From Chiloscyllium plagiosum (Eukaryota), in NCBI RefSeq assembly GCF_004010195.1, contig NC_057718.1:60582795-60646794 (forward strand): DNA of 64,000 nucleotides, read 5' to 3'. Under the pieces are notes generated by a model. That model saw nothing but the letters and a program-made list of their open reading frames with translations. It had not been told where the DNA came from and did no database searches. Position numbers and translations under genes: made by a program. Shown here in pieces: positions 14,642-27,190 of the stretch; the first letter of the stretch is position 1; each line of letters opens with the position of its first letter.

Positions 14642-15276
14642 TGTTATGGACCAGGCCAGACCCCCTCAAACATTTCAAGAAAGTAGCCCGGACCCTAACT
14701 TTGCTCGATGTTTTAAGCAGGTTTATCGTGGATATTCCAGAAGTGATGCAGCTGGTCAAACCACTTAGTTTTAAACAAAACATAATTTATTTGCAAGATT
14801 ACCAAATGAAACACAAACAAAAGAGAACCAAATGTAGGATAACTTTAGATATCCGAAAACCCAACAGATTATCCCAACATAATGATGCGGTTCCAAATTC
14901 CTGCAACAATCCCCATAAATACCCCTTGACAAAAAAGGTAAAATCAGACACAGGGTCTTACAGTAGAGACAGAGATGGCAGAGAGATTCAGCACGGAACA
15001 CTTCCTTCCATGTAGCTGTTTCTTCGACCAGCAGCTTCAAACTGAACTGCTTTCATTGACCAGCCAGACTGCTAAAAAAAACCAAACCAAACCCAACCAG
15101 AGAGAAGCTGAGCTGGGAGAAGTGGCCACTCCCCTTTCATTCTACAAGTTTTTTTTAAGCTTAAAATCTTCCTCAAGTAGATTAAGCCCAGACATTTTGG
15201 AATTGCTGCTTTTACAACTTCTCTGAGAAAAAAGCCAAGGACAGCGTCACCTTGTTAAAGGAGCAGCATCATCACA
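14642..15276 (-). mobile_element. Solo LTR (635 bp), Gypsy-type
   Basis: TG...CA ends (tgttatg / catcaca), 4-bp TSD CCAG at 14638-14641 and 15277-15280, AATAAA on the minus strand (~14786-14791). Confidence 0.85.
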
Positions 15277-15356
15277 CCAGAGAGAACAAGTATGAAAAGA
15301 CACCAAAGCATCCATGCCCTGAAGATGATGATAGTTTTGAGAACACAATAGAGATT

Positions 15357-16072
15357 GGGCTGAATTTACCCAGAAACCAGCTAATTTTGGGGATTTTCAT
15401 GAATGGGGCTTCCTTTGTGAACATTCACAAACCTGCCTTATTCACCATGCACCAAATCATTATTGTATCCCACTTGTCATATTCACCCCCTCACCACAGG
15501 CAGATATACTGGGCACTGCCAGGACTTCCTGCTTCCAGCATCATCAGTGAAGCCCAGCCATACACTTGGTCAAGTGTTGGCAGTCTGCACTGTCTTCATC
15601 AATTGCCCCAGGCATGTTAGCACATAGGGAAATTGACACCTCGCTTTGCTGAGCAGGACCTGGTGGGTGAGAGGTGTGTGTGCACGCTATCCATGAACAT
15701 GCCTTGAGATGTTGGTGCCTGGAGTCCAAGACTGGGGGGGGGGGCTGGAATGTGATGGAGGAGAAAATGGTGAGCTGGAGTTGCTAATTAACTCCTCTGA
15801 CTTTCATGTTGGGAATTGTCACTGTCTACTTTCTATCCAGCACTTAGTAAGATGGAAAATGAGCTGAGATTATGTAATAGCGACATAGTAACATGCGCTA
15901 ATATATACAGATAAGCCTCTTGCTCCTCACTGGCTGGAATCTCACTTCAACATTGAACAACTGGTTGGAAAAAAGGGAGATTTTGCTCTGAATGTCAGGA
16001 ATCTCCTTATTGCAATTCGACCAGTTTTCTTTCCAGTGCCCACATCAGTCAGCGACTGGGAGGTTTCTGTCC
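15357..16072. mobile_element. Probable non-autonomous PIF/Harbinger-like DNA element
   Basis: Imperfect TIRs gggctgaattt / aggtttctgtcc with 3-bp flanks att/ata. Removing it joins the Gypsy frame as ENTIEIGSI. Confidence 0.45.
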
Positions 16073-17794
16073 ATAGGAAGTATACCACGGTGCAAAAAGT
16101 CTGAAAGTGACAGTCACCAGAGAAAAGAAATTCACAAAAGCATTTAAAAGTGTGAAAAAAAATCAACGACCATAAGTCAGCAGCTGAAGCTTGATACCAG
16201 TACATGGAGTAATATCGTCCTGCTCAGACTACACCAAAAAAACCTGAATGAAATATAGTTATCCACAGAAGGATGTTGTGAAATCAGGCAGTGTTTTACT
16301 GGTGGACTGTATTGATACTGAGAATGAACAACCACAAATGATCCAAATCAAAGGGACACATAAAGGAAAAGACATGATCGACATATTCTAAGTCACTGGA
16401 ACCTAAGATTCCGAGGCGAAGAAGCAGCAACAACCTGGGTACATTCCCCCCCCACCTCTCCCCCACCAGTGAAAAGTATGCTCTAATCAGAATCAAGAAA
16501 GGCCTGGTCCAAATGTATCTAAAATGTTTTCAATAGATAATTTGATCATTTGAAGACTTTAGTATCACGTTGCTATTGCTCTAGAGAAGGAACCAATTAA
16601 TCATCCCCAACACAGAGCTGAAAGGAAGGCTTAAAGCAGAGCTCCAAGGGATGGAGAAGAACAAGAAAGTGATTCACAGAGACACAGCGCCTACAGATTG
16701 ATTAAATTTCTTTCAGTGAGAGAGAATGCAAGTGAACAGCAGTACATTTATCTGTATCCCAAAAATCATAATCAATCACTTAGAGAAATCACAACTCCAT
16801 TCAGACATTGAAAAGTAATATGCCAGCATTGGTGAGTGCAAACACCTTCAGCAAGTCTGATACTTGAAATGGCTACTGAAATATGAAGCTTGATGAGGAA
16901 TCTCCACTGTTGACAACAATCGACGTGCCCTTTGTAGATGAGAAGATCACGAATGAAGTCATGTGGAGAACCAAGAAAGCTGGGACCAATCTAACTGTAG
17001 AGAAATGGATTGTGAAGGTGACAGAATGCCACTTCTTTGGAACATTGTAAATATATTGAAAAAGGCAAGCTGAGTCCTGATAATGGCACAACTATCTTGG
17101 ATATGGAAGTTTCAAGAGGTGAGAAAGGGTTGAGAAGCTTTCTTGGCTTGATCTAACACATGAGACATGCCTCATATCTCAGAACAAACAGCAGGCTTAT
17201 GAGGACTGAAGAGACAAGATGTTGACTGCTAATCACCACAGTAGCATGAGAGAAGGAGCTTGACCGCTCATGGTCAGGGGACTATCCAAGTACAGTCCAG
17301 GAAGTGGGCAACAGTCAGTCCTGTCGGGAAACACAAGCAGTCAGGTCTTCGTGTACCACTACTCGAAGCTCCAAAAACAGTGGTCAGAGTCTGAGCAGTC
17401 ATGTAAAGGGGCTGCTCATGGAAGTTGTCAGAGATCTGGGGCAAATGAAGTAAAGGAGGCCCATCTGTCGATCATTAAGAATGGTCCAAATCGGGCCTGT
17501 AGAGGGAAATGCAGAGGAATTTGGAGAGGTGATAACAAATCATGATGGTCAATGGGGTGTACACATGCGGGCAATGGACATCGGGGACAGGTTAGTGCAT
17601 ACTACAAAGGATGTTCATACAGGATGCAGTTATGTGCATGCTAAATAGCAACTAGGCTGAGAGAATGAGGTTATATGTGTGAAGGAATGTCTGTCATGTG
17701 GGCTATTTGCTATGGACAGCATGGCCTCATGGCTGGTGTGCCATAATATTGCTGGAGAGGGTCAATATTGTATTGTGACAGTTGTCCAATTGCA

Positions 17795-18150
17795 CAATTA
17801 ACTGAAGCCCTACAGTGTGGAAGCAGGTTATTTGGCCCAACATGCCCACACTGATCCTCCAAAGAGTATCCCACCCAGATCCATTCCTCTACCCTATTGC
17901 TTTACATTTCCCCAGACGAATGCAGCTAACCTACATATTCATGAACACTATGGGCAATTTAACGTGGCCAATTCACCTAACCTGCACATCTTTAGATTCT
18001 GGGAGGAAACCAGAGCACCCAGAGGAAACCCACGCAGACACGGGGAGAATGTACACATTCTACACAGACAGTCGCCCGAGGCTGGAATCGAACCTGGGAC
18101 CCTGGCACTGTGAGGCAGTAGTGCTAACCACTGAGTCACTATGCCACTGG
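17795..18150 (-). mobile_element. HE1-like V-SINE
   Basis: Minus-strand tRNA head gtggttagcactactgcctcacagtgccagggtcccaggttcgattcc, V-domain gggtttcctctgggtgctctggtttcctccc and CR1-like tail. Confidence 0.9.
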
Positions 18151-18224
18151 GAAACTGTTTTTTTTGGCAAATATCACTGGGTGACGAGTTGGTCTATAAT
18201 AAGTATGTGGTAAGGTAGGGCTAG

Positions 18225-18560
18225 AATCATGGAATCGTGGAATCCCTACAGTGTGGAAGCAGACCATTTGGTCCATTTGATTCACACCTGTCCTCCAAAA
18301 AGCATTCCATCCAGACCCATTGCTGATCTTATCCCTGTAAGCCCACATTTCCCACGGATAATCCATCCAACCTGCAAATCCCTGAACACTGTGAGCAATT
18401 TAGCATGGCCAAACCACCTAACCTGCATATATTTGGACTGTGGGAGGAAGTTGGAGCACCAGAGGAAACCCACGCAGATGCAGGGAGAATGTGCAAACTC
18501 CACACAGACATCATCTGAGGGAATCCAGGTACGGCACTGCTAACCACTGAACCACCATGT
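18225..18560 (-). mobile_element. HE1-like V-SINE
   Basis: Same head, V-domain and tail as the adjacent copy. Confidence 0.85.
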
Positions 18561-18789
18561 CAGGCCTAATTGATGCCACAACGATTGAGTAGCTAGTTAA
18601 GGTGCCACTTTGGTTAAAAATATGGTGAGAAAACTCATTAGATCTCATGATGGACATCCCTTCAAAAACTCAGATTTAGCCAAAAATAGCCCAAAGTAAA
18701 AGGAATTGCTATACTGATGAGGCATCTTTTTTTTAAAAAAAGCGATGTAATATTGTTATATCATTCTACCTTTTAAACATTACTGATAA

Positions 18790-19200
18790 ATGGGATGTGA
18801 GTGTACTGGGCTCAGACAGGATTTACTACCATTCCTAATTGCCTTTAAGAAGATGGTAGTTTTTGAACTGTCAATCCATGTGCTGTAGGACTGTTAGAGA
18901 AGGAGTTCCAGGATTTTGCTCCAGCTACAGCGAAGGAATTGGAGCTTGCTGTGGGTGGTGCTCACACACACATCTGACTTTCTTGCATTTTTTTACATGA
19001 TAGAGGTTGTGGGTTTGCAGTGCGCTGTCAAAGGAACTTTGGTGAGTTGCTGTAGTGCATCTTGTTGGTGGTTGACAGCTGCTGCCACTGTGCGTCAGTG
19101 ATAAAGGGAAGTGAATGTTTCTTCAGATGGTGAATGGGATGCCAGCCAAATGGGCTGCTTTGTACTGGATAGTGTCAAACGTCTTTAATGTTGTTGGAGC
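18790..19200 (-). mobile_element. LINE 3' end sharing its tail with the second SINE family
   Basis: Starts gggatgtgag...cctaattgcc, like the SINE tail, then continues into LINE-type 3' sequence. Confidence 0.5.
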
Positions 19201-19239
19201 AAAGGGCAATGCATTTCTGACAGTTTGCCAGGATAGCTT

Positions 19240-20800
19240 AATGCCTTATGCACAGTTAAAACAATAAATAAATATGCGACTTGATTAGAAACAACAGGGC
19301 AATTAAGAAGGTGAATAGCAGTGATGGGAGTCCAGAAGATGAGTCAGTTCAGATTTGTGGAGATAAACAAATGATAAATAAGGATATTGAGGATAATAAT
19401 TAGCCACCATCTACCAGTAAAAGTGAGATTCCTAATTTAGCCAATGGGAAGGTGTTCAATAAGATAGATCTTTCAAATGCATAATTGCAATGAGAATAAA
19501 CTGACAAGGTCAAGGAATTGCTTGTTATTATTCATACAAACAAATGGTCGTATCAATATGAAATCTGGGTGCCTTCTGTTTGCAGTGGCCTCATGGATCA
19601 GGAGAAAGTGAGGTCTGCAGATGCTGGAGATCAGAGATGGAAATGTGTTGCTGGAAAAGCGCAGCAGGTCAGGCAGCATCTAGGGAACAGGAGAATCGAC
19701 GTTTCGGGCATTAGCCCTTCTTCAGGAATTCCTGGCTAATGCCCGAAACGTCGATTCTCCTGTTCCCTAGATGCTGCCTGACCTGCTGCGCTTTTCCAGC
19801 AACACATTTCCACCTCATGGATCAGGTACTAATTGGAATGAAAAGAGCGTGCTGTTTCAGAGATGACATCCTTATTAGCAGTAAGGTAGAGGAAGGGCAC
19901 ATTGTAAGGTTGGACGACATCTTACATTGACTTCACGAATGTGGCACCAATGAAGAAAAGCACAAGGGTTTCTTAATAGTGTCGGATATAACATAGCTGG
20001 ATCATCTAACAGATGGTGAATGTATCCGCCCAAATGAGGACAAGGTTGAGGAGATTTTGAAAGCTAGCAAACCAGAGAGATCTTTGAAAATTCATTGTGG
20101 TTGTTGTGCATTATTTCAAATTCAACCTCAGTATAGCTAGTAAATCCACTTCACTCTATCGATTGCACAAAGATGGAATAGATTGGGAGTGGTCTGCATT
20201 TGACGCTATTTTGGCTCACAATGAAACCAAGAAAAAAATTGTTTCAGTATGTGATACCTCCCCATAATAGTCAGGGTTGGTGTTAGAAAGGTGGTGTGGA
20301 GAAAATTCTAGTTTTTTTCTTGGTGTGGGTTAACAAAATCAGAATGAAGTCACCCATAAGATGTTAGTGGTCATAAATAATGTTACAAGTTCCTCAGTAT
20401 CTGTGCATGAAGAAGTTCACTTTGTTAACTTACCACCAAGCCCTTATGACCATATTCAGGTCACAGAAAGGTATCAGGATGGCTTCAGAGATGGGCATTA
20501 ATTTTGATGTAATCATTAATTTTGATGCCTCAGCAGTGCAATGGTAAATATTATAAGTAAGCTGATTTTACAAATGCAGAATTTTAAAAAATTTCCTAGG
20601 AAGACTGATTCATTCTTAGCCTTTGACTTACTTGTGAATTACTCTGCATGCCAGAGTCTGCCACAGACATTAGTGAAGAAACTGACATGGTGCTTAGTGA
20701 AGTATTCAATTATATCATGAATGACTGGCCTAAGCAGGTAATGAGGAGAAACTACAGGATTGTTTCACACATAGAAATGAACTGTGTGGTAGATTGGAGC
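19240..20800 (+). mobile_element. Decayed Ty3/Gypsy pol (RT and RNase H)
   Basis: Peptides LANGKVFNKIDLSNA, MDQVLIGMKRACCFRDDILIS (YxDD-like) and LAHNETKKKIVSVCDTSP (RNase H). Confidence 0.8.
19601..19812. mobile_element. Family-1 PLE terminal hairpin insertion
   Basis: Near-perfect inverted arms centred on caggaattcctg; TSD cctcatggatcagg at 19589-19602 and 19813-19826. Confidence 0.9.
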
Positions 20801-20968
20801 TATCACTTTTAATATACTGGTATCAGTTGCAGTTCTGTGCTGTCCTTGTTTTTGCTGGGTTTTGTTTTAGTTAAATCAATAGATCCCAGAGCAGTAATGA
20901 TGCAGGATAAGATGTATATTTTTGTACTTTCACTTGGACATTGCACAAAGATGAAAATGAAGTATCAG

Positions 20969-21712
20969 AGAATCACCCAACACTAAGCTCAAATTAAGAT
21001 AAGAGAGCCCTTACAGAATCCATTGTGTTGGCCTTCTGGTCATTCCAATGTTAATAAAGTCCAGGAGGTCCTATTAACCGAATGCATATCCTCACCACTG
21101 GACTTTACTCTCTGCTCACCACCCAAGCAACACTTCACACTGAGGTGGTAAAAACAAACATTACTTCACAATGTCACTGTGACCTAAAGTAGTTATTTGC
21201 AAACACATCTCCACTTCCATCAGATATCCCCCTTGGCCCTGCAAAAGATTTGTAGGGTTTACATCCTCTCAATCCATCAGAATTTCAGGGTTATATAGCT
21301 GATGTCTCCAATGGCAACATGAAAGATCCAGTTGCATAAAAGTTGAGAACTGTAGTGATCTTGACAGTTTCAAACAGTCGTCCCTATGGTTGGAGGTCAA
21401 ATTCTAGGAGACAGCAAAAGTCTGTCGCTGTCTCCCTATTGTAATGAGCCTTTGACCCTGTAAAGTAGGTGCGCCTCTGCCTGTAGATAGGGTTTGTTTG
21501 TAAAAGCTGGTAAGGGCAGTTCTCTTGTGATTTCCTCCGACCTGCCTCACATCCCTACTTTCATCTACTCTTTTCTTCGAATAAACAAAAAATCTGAATT
21601 CTCCTGGAAACACCAATCTCCCAAAGTACTATTGCTGCAACTAGAAATTTGACAGGCAAAATTCTGTGGCTCAAATTAGCACAGAAAGAATCACCCAACA
21701 CTAAGCTCAAAT
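20969..21712 (+). repeat. Isolated 26-bp exact direct repeat
   Basis: agaatcacccaacactaagctcaaat at 20969-20994 and 21687-21712. Confidence 0.85.
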
Positions 21713-22774
21713 AAAATGGCACTTTCAGAGCTTCTTTTCAAAACACGGTGGCATCCATTTTAAATGACAATTTCTGAAGGATCTCGGAACACAATATATG
21801 CCTGTGGGAAAGGAAAATTCTGTTTGGAGCTTTCAAAGATTTAAATAATAAAATGAAGCTTTTCCCTGTTTTTACAACAATTTGTTTTTAAAGATCAAAA
21901 CTCCCAATCTACCCTCACTTTCCTTTGTGAATGTCCTTATAAATCAAGTGCACTTCATTTATTCTTTGGTGAAACATTATTTGCATTGATCTTGTAATAA
22001 TTCCTGCTATTTTGAATCAGATCTGTTGCCAAAAAAAAGATAGTAACTCCCTAAATTCTGTCACCACTTGCACAATGATTGCACCCTTCAGCACTACCCC
22101 CACTGGGTAAGAAGAGATTAGTAAGGATAGAGCTAACAGGCAGACACATTCTGGGTGTCTTTTGATCCTAATTGACTGTCCACCAGAGCTCTGCCCAAAA
22201 ATCAGCATAAAGGCCAGTGGAAAAATCACAGTAAGTGAAGTAGTTGATTTTCCTTTCTATTACAAGCAGAGTTTTGCTGCACAATAGAAGCTGTGTAACT
22301 GAAACAGCTCTGTGGGAGCTGATTTCTGCACTCTGTGGAACAAATGTCATAGTGATTTCCCCAGCTTATCAATATTTCTGTCAGCTGTGAGACCCAGTAG
22401 TTCTGTTGGTGTAATGTGGAGGCTGAGATGGAGACATATAAAGCATGCTGAGAATTTAACCTGAATCCTTAAATACTGGTGAATTTAACCTGAAGCTGAG
22501 CTACTGCAATGCCAAAAGAGCTGATTTTTAGAGTTGACAGTTGCATCTGTGAATTTCCTAACTTAATGACCTTCCTATCCAATGATTTCTGAGACATAGC
22601 TTATGCAGATACATGAAGTCATGGAAATGCTAGAAGACAAAAAGAAAATGCCCCAAAGCATATAAAGTTGTTCCAGAATTTCTTGAATAGGCAACATTTT
22701 ATCGAAGTTCACTATCCTCTTAATCAGTTGCAGTAAATTTGATTATCCTTCCAAAGATCCTTCCAATATCTTTT

Positions 22775-23450
22775 TAGAAAAAAACCTTATATTTAATATA
22801 ATGCCTTTCATGACCCAAAATGCTTAACAGCCAATGAAGTACTTTTGGAGCATAGTCTCTGTTGTGATATAGGAAACCTGGCAGACAATATGCACACAAC
22901 AGATTCCTGAAGAAGGGCTTATGCCCGAAACGTCGATTCTCCTGTTCCCTGGATGCTGCCTGACCTGCTGCGCTTTTCCAGCAACACATTTTCAGCACAC
23001 AACAGATTAACCAAGCAGAGTGTTAATGACCAGATCATCTGTTTTTGTGATGTTGGTTGAGGGATAATTATTAGATGGGACATCCAGCTAAGGGACAACA
23101 TTTTAGTGCAGAGGGTGGCGTGTGTATGGAATGAATTGCCAGAGAAAGTATGGAGGCTGGTACGATAACAACATTTAAACAGCATCTGGATGTTTACATA
23201 AATAGGAAGGGTTTCGAGGGATATGGGCCAAATGCTGGCAAACGGGAATAGATTAATTTAGGATATCTGGTCAGCATGGACATGTTGGACTGACGATTCT
23301 GTTTCTGTGCTGTACAACTCTATGACTGTGACTCTATGACAACTCCCTCAGTGCTGCATCACAATGTCAGCCTGGACTTTTGTGCTCAAGCCCTATATTG
23401 GAATTTGAACCAGGACCTTGTGACTCAGAGTATTGCTAATGTTCGAGCCA
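22775..23450 (-). mobile_element. Deu-domain SINE (SacSINE1/AmnSINE-like) with a nested PLE piece and a CR1 3' fragment (~23100-23340, +)
   Basis: ctccctcagtgctgc...tgtcagcctgga (Deu domain, reverse complement), tRNA-like head near 23400-23450 and L2-like tail at 22775-22890. Confidence 0.7.
22903..22938 (+). ncRNA. Minimal type-I hammerhead ribozyme motif within an 89-bp PLE insertion (22906-22994)
   Basis: CUGAAGA (22907-22913), one extra A, stem II GGGC-UUAU-GCCC, GAAA, palindromic ACGU then C (GUC site). TSD gcacacaacagatt at 22892-22905 and 22995-23008. Confidence 0.75.
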
Positions 23451-25559
23451 CAGTTTACTAACCTGTATTATATGATGAGCAGAAACAATGGGGAGCTTCC
23501 TCCTTAAATTAAGATTAGATTAGAAGTAGAATAAATTATTAATCGGTGTAACTGCGAAATAAAATAAAACATAGGCATTAATTGTCCCTGTTTGCAATGA
23601 AAGCCTAAAGTATTTTATTTCGCAAGAAAGCAGTTACCATTTCTGGTGCTGCCACTGTACACATCGTTTATAAATTTCTTTCAAGTGATGCCCTATACCA
23701 ACTCCACATGCCATTATTTCCATGTTCAGGACTGTAATCTATGAAGTCACAATTAAGAATGCACATAAAATCTGACAACATAGAGGGTCAATAACATATC
23801 CACACGATGTGGACCACTTTAATAATTTTTGGATACTGTGGGTGAAAGTCCCATAATGTTTTGGAATGCGAGAGGTACGATGACGAATGCCAGTGGCCAT
23901 CAAATATCTGCTGTTGCTTGCCATGCACCAGGCAATTCCTTGCATGAGGAGAATAGAGCGGGTGTGGCATTGGGAAAGGAGACTACTGTGTGAATGGGTC
24001 AGCAGCACACCAGGAAGGCATGTCTAGATTTGTGCAACAGTAAATGACATTTTGTATGTCTGAGCACAATTGCGTTCATTTGATGTTTGATGTGTTCTCC
24101 AGCATTGAAGAACTGTTATTGCAATGAGGTCATGCTTTATTACAGATATAAGACAACCCTTCCCTAACCATTTCATGATGGATGCTTCAGGCTTTCAGGC
24201 ACCTTGTGCAGATGAACTCAAGTATTTACAGGCAGCTAACAATTACCCAAGCAATTTAATTAATCTCAGTACCTATTTACAATGACTACATCTTATGACA
24301 TTAAAGAGTACATCACCATTATATGTCATATCGTCTGTCCTCATAACAGCATATCTACCAATATATTGTAGCCATACCCCAGAGATGATATATTGGGTAT
24401 GGATCAAAAAAACCTGCACTGGGTAAAGGAAGTACTGGATTAAAGATTCTCCATACATGAGAAATACACAGGCATTTGACTTGTACACTCAAATCTCAAG
24501 TATTATCAGTGTCCTCTCCAGAGATGGTTAAAAATTGTCTTTATCTACCAAAAAGGAAAACTTTCCACACATAGCAAACAAATCTTGAGGATTTTGCTTT
24601 TTATTCAAATAATTTTCTTTCACTTTTTGAAAACCCACAATTTTCAAATTGCACAGAGTAATACCTGATTGTAAAGCTTCAGCAGTTCTTATGTCATGCT
24701 TTAACTAAATTACCAATGCTCTGAATTCAAAAGGTATACCTGCATTGCTATCTTGGCCTTTCCCTGAACCTTCCAGTTTAACTCACTACTCTTGTCTGAT
24801 CTTGCTGTGCCTGAAGGGAACTTGAAACTTGGTTGGTAAAATTCCAGATGAGGCGCATGCAAAATTAGAAATCCAATTGAGGCAAGTCAACACATCAGGG
24901 AACGTTTTTAAAGTTATTTTTTACCAAGTGAACGTGAGAACATAAAAATCCAAGAACTGGAGGTGCATATCTTTGCATGCATCCAGCAGAGCATGTCAGT
25001 GCAATGGTATAGCACTGGTGGGATTCAGCTGATGCAAAGTATAAATCTTAAAAGATGGGAATGATATTAATACATTCTATAAGCACAAGGACAAGTCTGA
25101 AATCAAGGTAGCTAAATTATTTTGAAATAAATGTTATGACCAAAAAAAAATATGATACATATCTGCATGTATTTTAAAAGTTGGTCTAAATCGAAAAGAA
25201 TGGTAATTTTAATGTTGGAAAGAAATGAACTAAAAATATGGGGAGGAAACACAAAGTGGTAACAAACAGGAGTGAGGAAAGGCCACTTGACCCCTAGAGC
25301 ATACACCTTCACTCACACTCACCATAATCCTTTAGTATCAAAAAATCCATTGATTTTGAACATGAATCAGTATGAATAACATGGATGTAAAGATGACCAT
25401 CAAAATGGGCACTTGCACATGCAGAATGGGTAGGGTAGTGTCAGTTATCGACAAGAGGTTCCGTAAACCAGAATGAATCTGTAGATATCTGACTGACATT
25501 ACTAGGCTCTCTGTGTAATGATATTGCACTGGCTGTGCATGTACTGAGGGCCCTACTGA

Positions 25560-26170
25560 ATGCACTGAATGGCCAAGCATCCAAAACTCCCTGGGATAGA
25601 GAACTGAAAAATCCACAACATTTTGATTGAAGAATGTTCTCCTTATCTCAGTCCTAAAAGGACTGCATTAGACACATACTCACCAGCCAAGGGAAGCATC
25701 ATTCCCCCCACCTTCTCTATCAATTTCTTTAAGAACTATATTGGCTTCAATGACATTACTTTCTTCTAAATTCTAGGGAATTTAAATTAGACTATATTAC
25801 CTCTGATTATAGGGCAATTCTCTCATCTCAGGACAACTCATTTTCATTGCAGTGTCTCTAAAACATCCTCCCATAGTTCAGGATAAGTAAGAACGCATCA
25901 GGTGTAATCTTACCAAGGCTCTATAGAAATTTGGTAAGGTTTCTTATTCTTTTGGAATATTGGTAATCAAATTATTTGTTAACTCAAATGTTGTACTTGT
26001 AAAACATCTTCTGTGATTAACAGGCAGTCAGACCTAGAGCCGTCTACAATAACAAATAAAAATATCAATATTCCCTAGGCTCTCAGCATTAAACGAACGT
26101 TCTTCTTTTCAATTTTCTTCCCAATAGATTTAACTTCAATTTCTTCATATTATATTCCATTGAACACATC
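25560..26170 (-). mobile_element. Old CR1 3' region
   Basis: Decayed match to gagaattccaaagattc / gaagaaattcctcctcatctcagtcc / ggtgtggtctcaccaag type sequence. Confidence 0.55.
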
Positions 26171-26184
26171 TGTACATGCACAGA

Positions 26185-27190
26185 GGTCGTCATGTAGTAG
26201 TAAATGTTAGTGGATCAGTAATCAAAAGGCCCAGGCTAATGATCTGCAAAACACAAGTTCAAATTCCCCCACAGCAACTGATGTATTTTAAATCCAACTA
26301 ACTGAATATGAAATTAAAACTAATCTCAGTAACTTTACGAAGACCACGAAGCTATTAGGTTATTGTAAAAATGATAGGATCGGAAGGAAATCTAACATCC
26401 TTATCCAGTCTGGCCTATAAGTGGTTTCAGAGACATAGTAATGGGGTTGGTTCTTAATACCACTCTCAAATGGTCAGCAAGCCATTCGGTTGTACCAAAC
26501 TACACCAGGAAAAATTAAAAACAAAAGAAACTTGAAGAACTACCCAGCCTCAACCAAAGTTCAGGAAAGGACAATATCACACCTATGTCAGTTGACCTCT
26601 AGTAACATCTGAGGGCTTATGACAAAATTGGGAGTACTGTCCAACAATCTAATATTGGCATAATCATATTCACCAATCATACCTCACAACCAATAATCCA
26701 GAATTCCCCATCCCCGATACCAGAGGCCGATGTATAGTGGTATGTAGTCAGGTGAGAATTGCACTGGGAGTCTTCAACATTGGCTTAAGACCTCACAAAC
26801 CTTCATGGTATCACATCAAACAAAGGCATGAAAACATGCTGGTTGCCATCTAGTGCCCTCCTTCAGCAGATAAGCCAGTACTCCTCCATGTTGAACAATA
26901 CTTTCAAGAAATACTGAGTGTAGCAAGGGTGCAGAATGCACAACCATAACCCATGACCCAGGCAAATGGTCCAACATGTCCTCACTCCACCATCAAGCTG
27001 GGGGGATGAAACCTAGTTCAAAGAGGTGTAATTAAAAATCTGTCTAACTCAGCTTTAAATATCTTCAATGACCCTAGAAAGAATTCCAAAGACTAACAAA
27101 TTTCTAAGTGAAAAAATTCCTTGTCACACCTTGTTTAAATGAGGGAAGTCTTAGTTTGAAACTGTGCCCAAGTTCAAGACAACCTATGAG
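26185..27190. mobile_element. Degenerate SINE head followed by LINE endonuclease remnant and a CR1 3' scrap
   Basis: SINE-like 26185-26480; EN-like sequence ~26590-26940; CR1 3' UTR reverse complement ~27030-27190. Confidence 0.45.

Larger units (their letters stand above)
13295..17240 (+). mobile_element. Decayed Ty3/Gypsy element (PBS-like, gag, zinc knuckle, protease, RT) with nested insertions
   Basis: PBS-like tggtg(aga)tgtcagaag at ~13298; gag ERVSSILLWAGEK (~13650); decayed knuckle ending HWKRMSR (~14590); protease QLKLDTSTWSNIV (~16180); RT ANTFSKSDT*NGY*NMKLDEESPLLTT (~16840). Confidence 0.8.

Noticed and set aside
17795-18560. tRNA genes, or a tandem duplication
   Set aside because: The tRNA-like heads belong to HE1-like SINEs, and the two copies differ like independent insertions.
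19601-19812. miRNA precursor, MITE or CRISPR-like repeat
   Set aside because: The arms are PLE terminal sequence with a long TSD, and no regularly spaced array exists.
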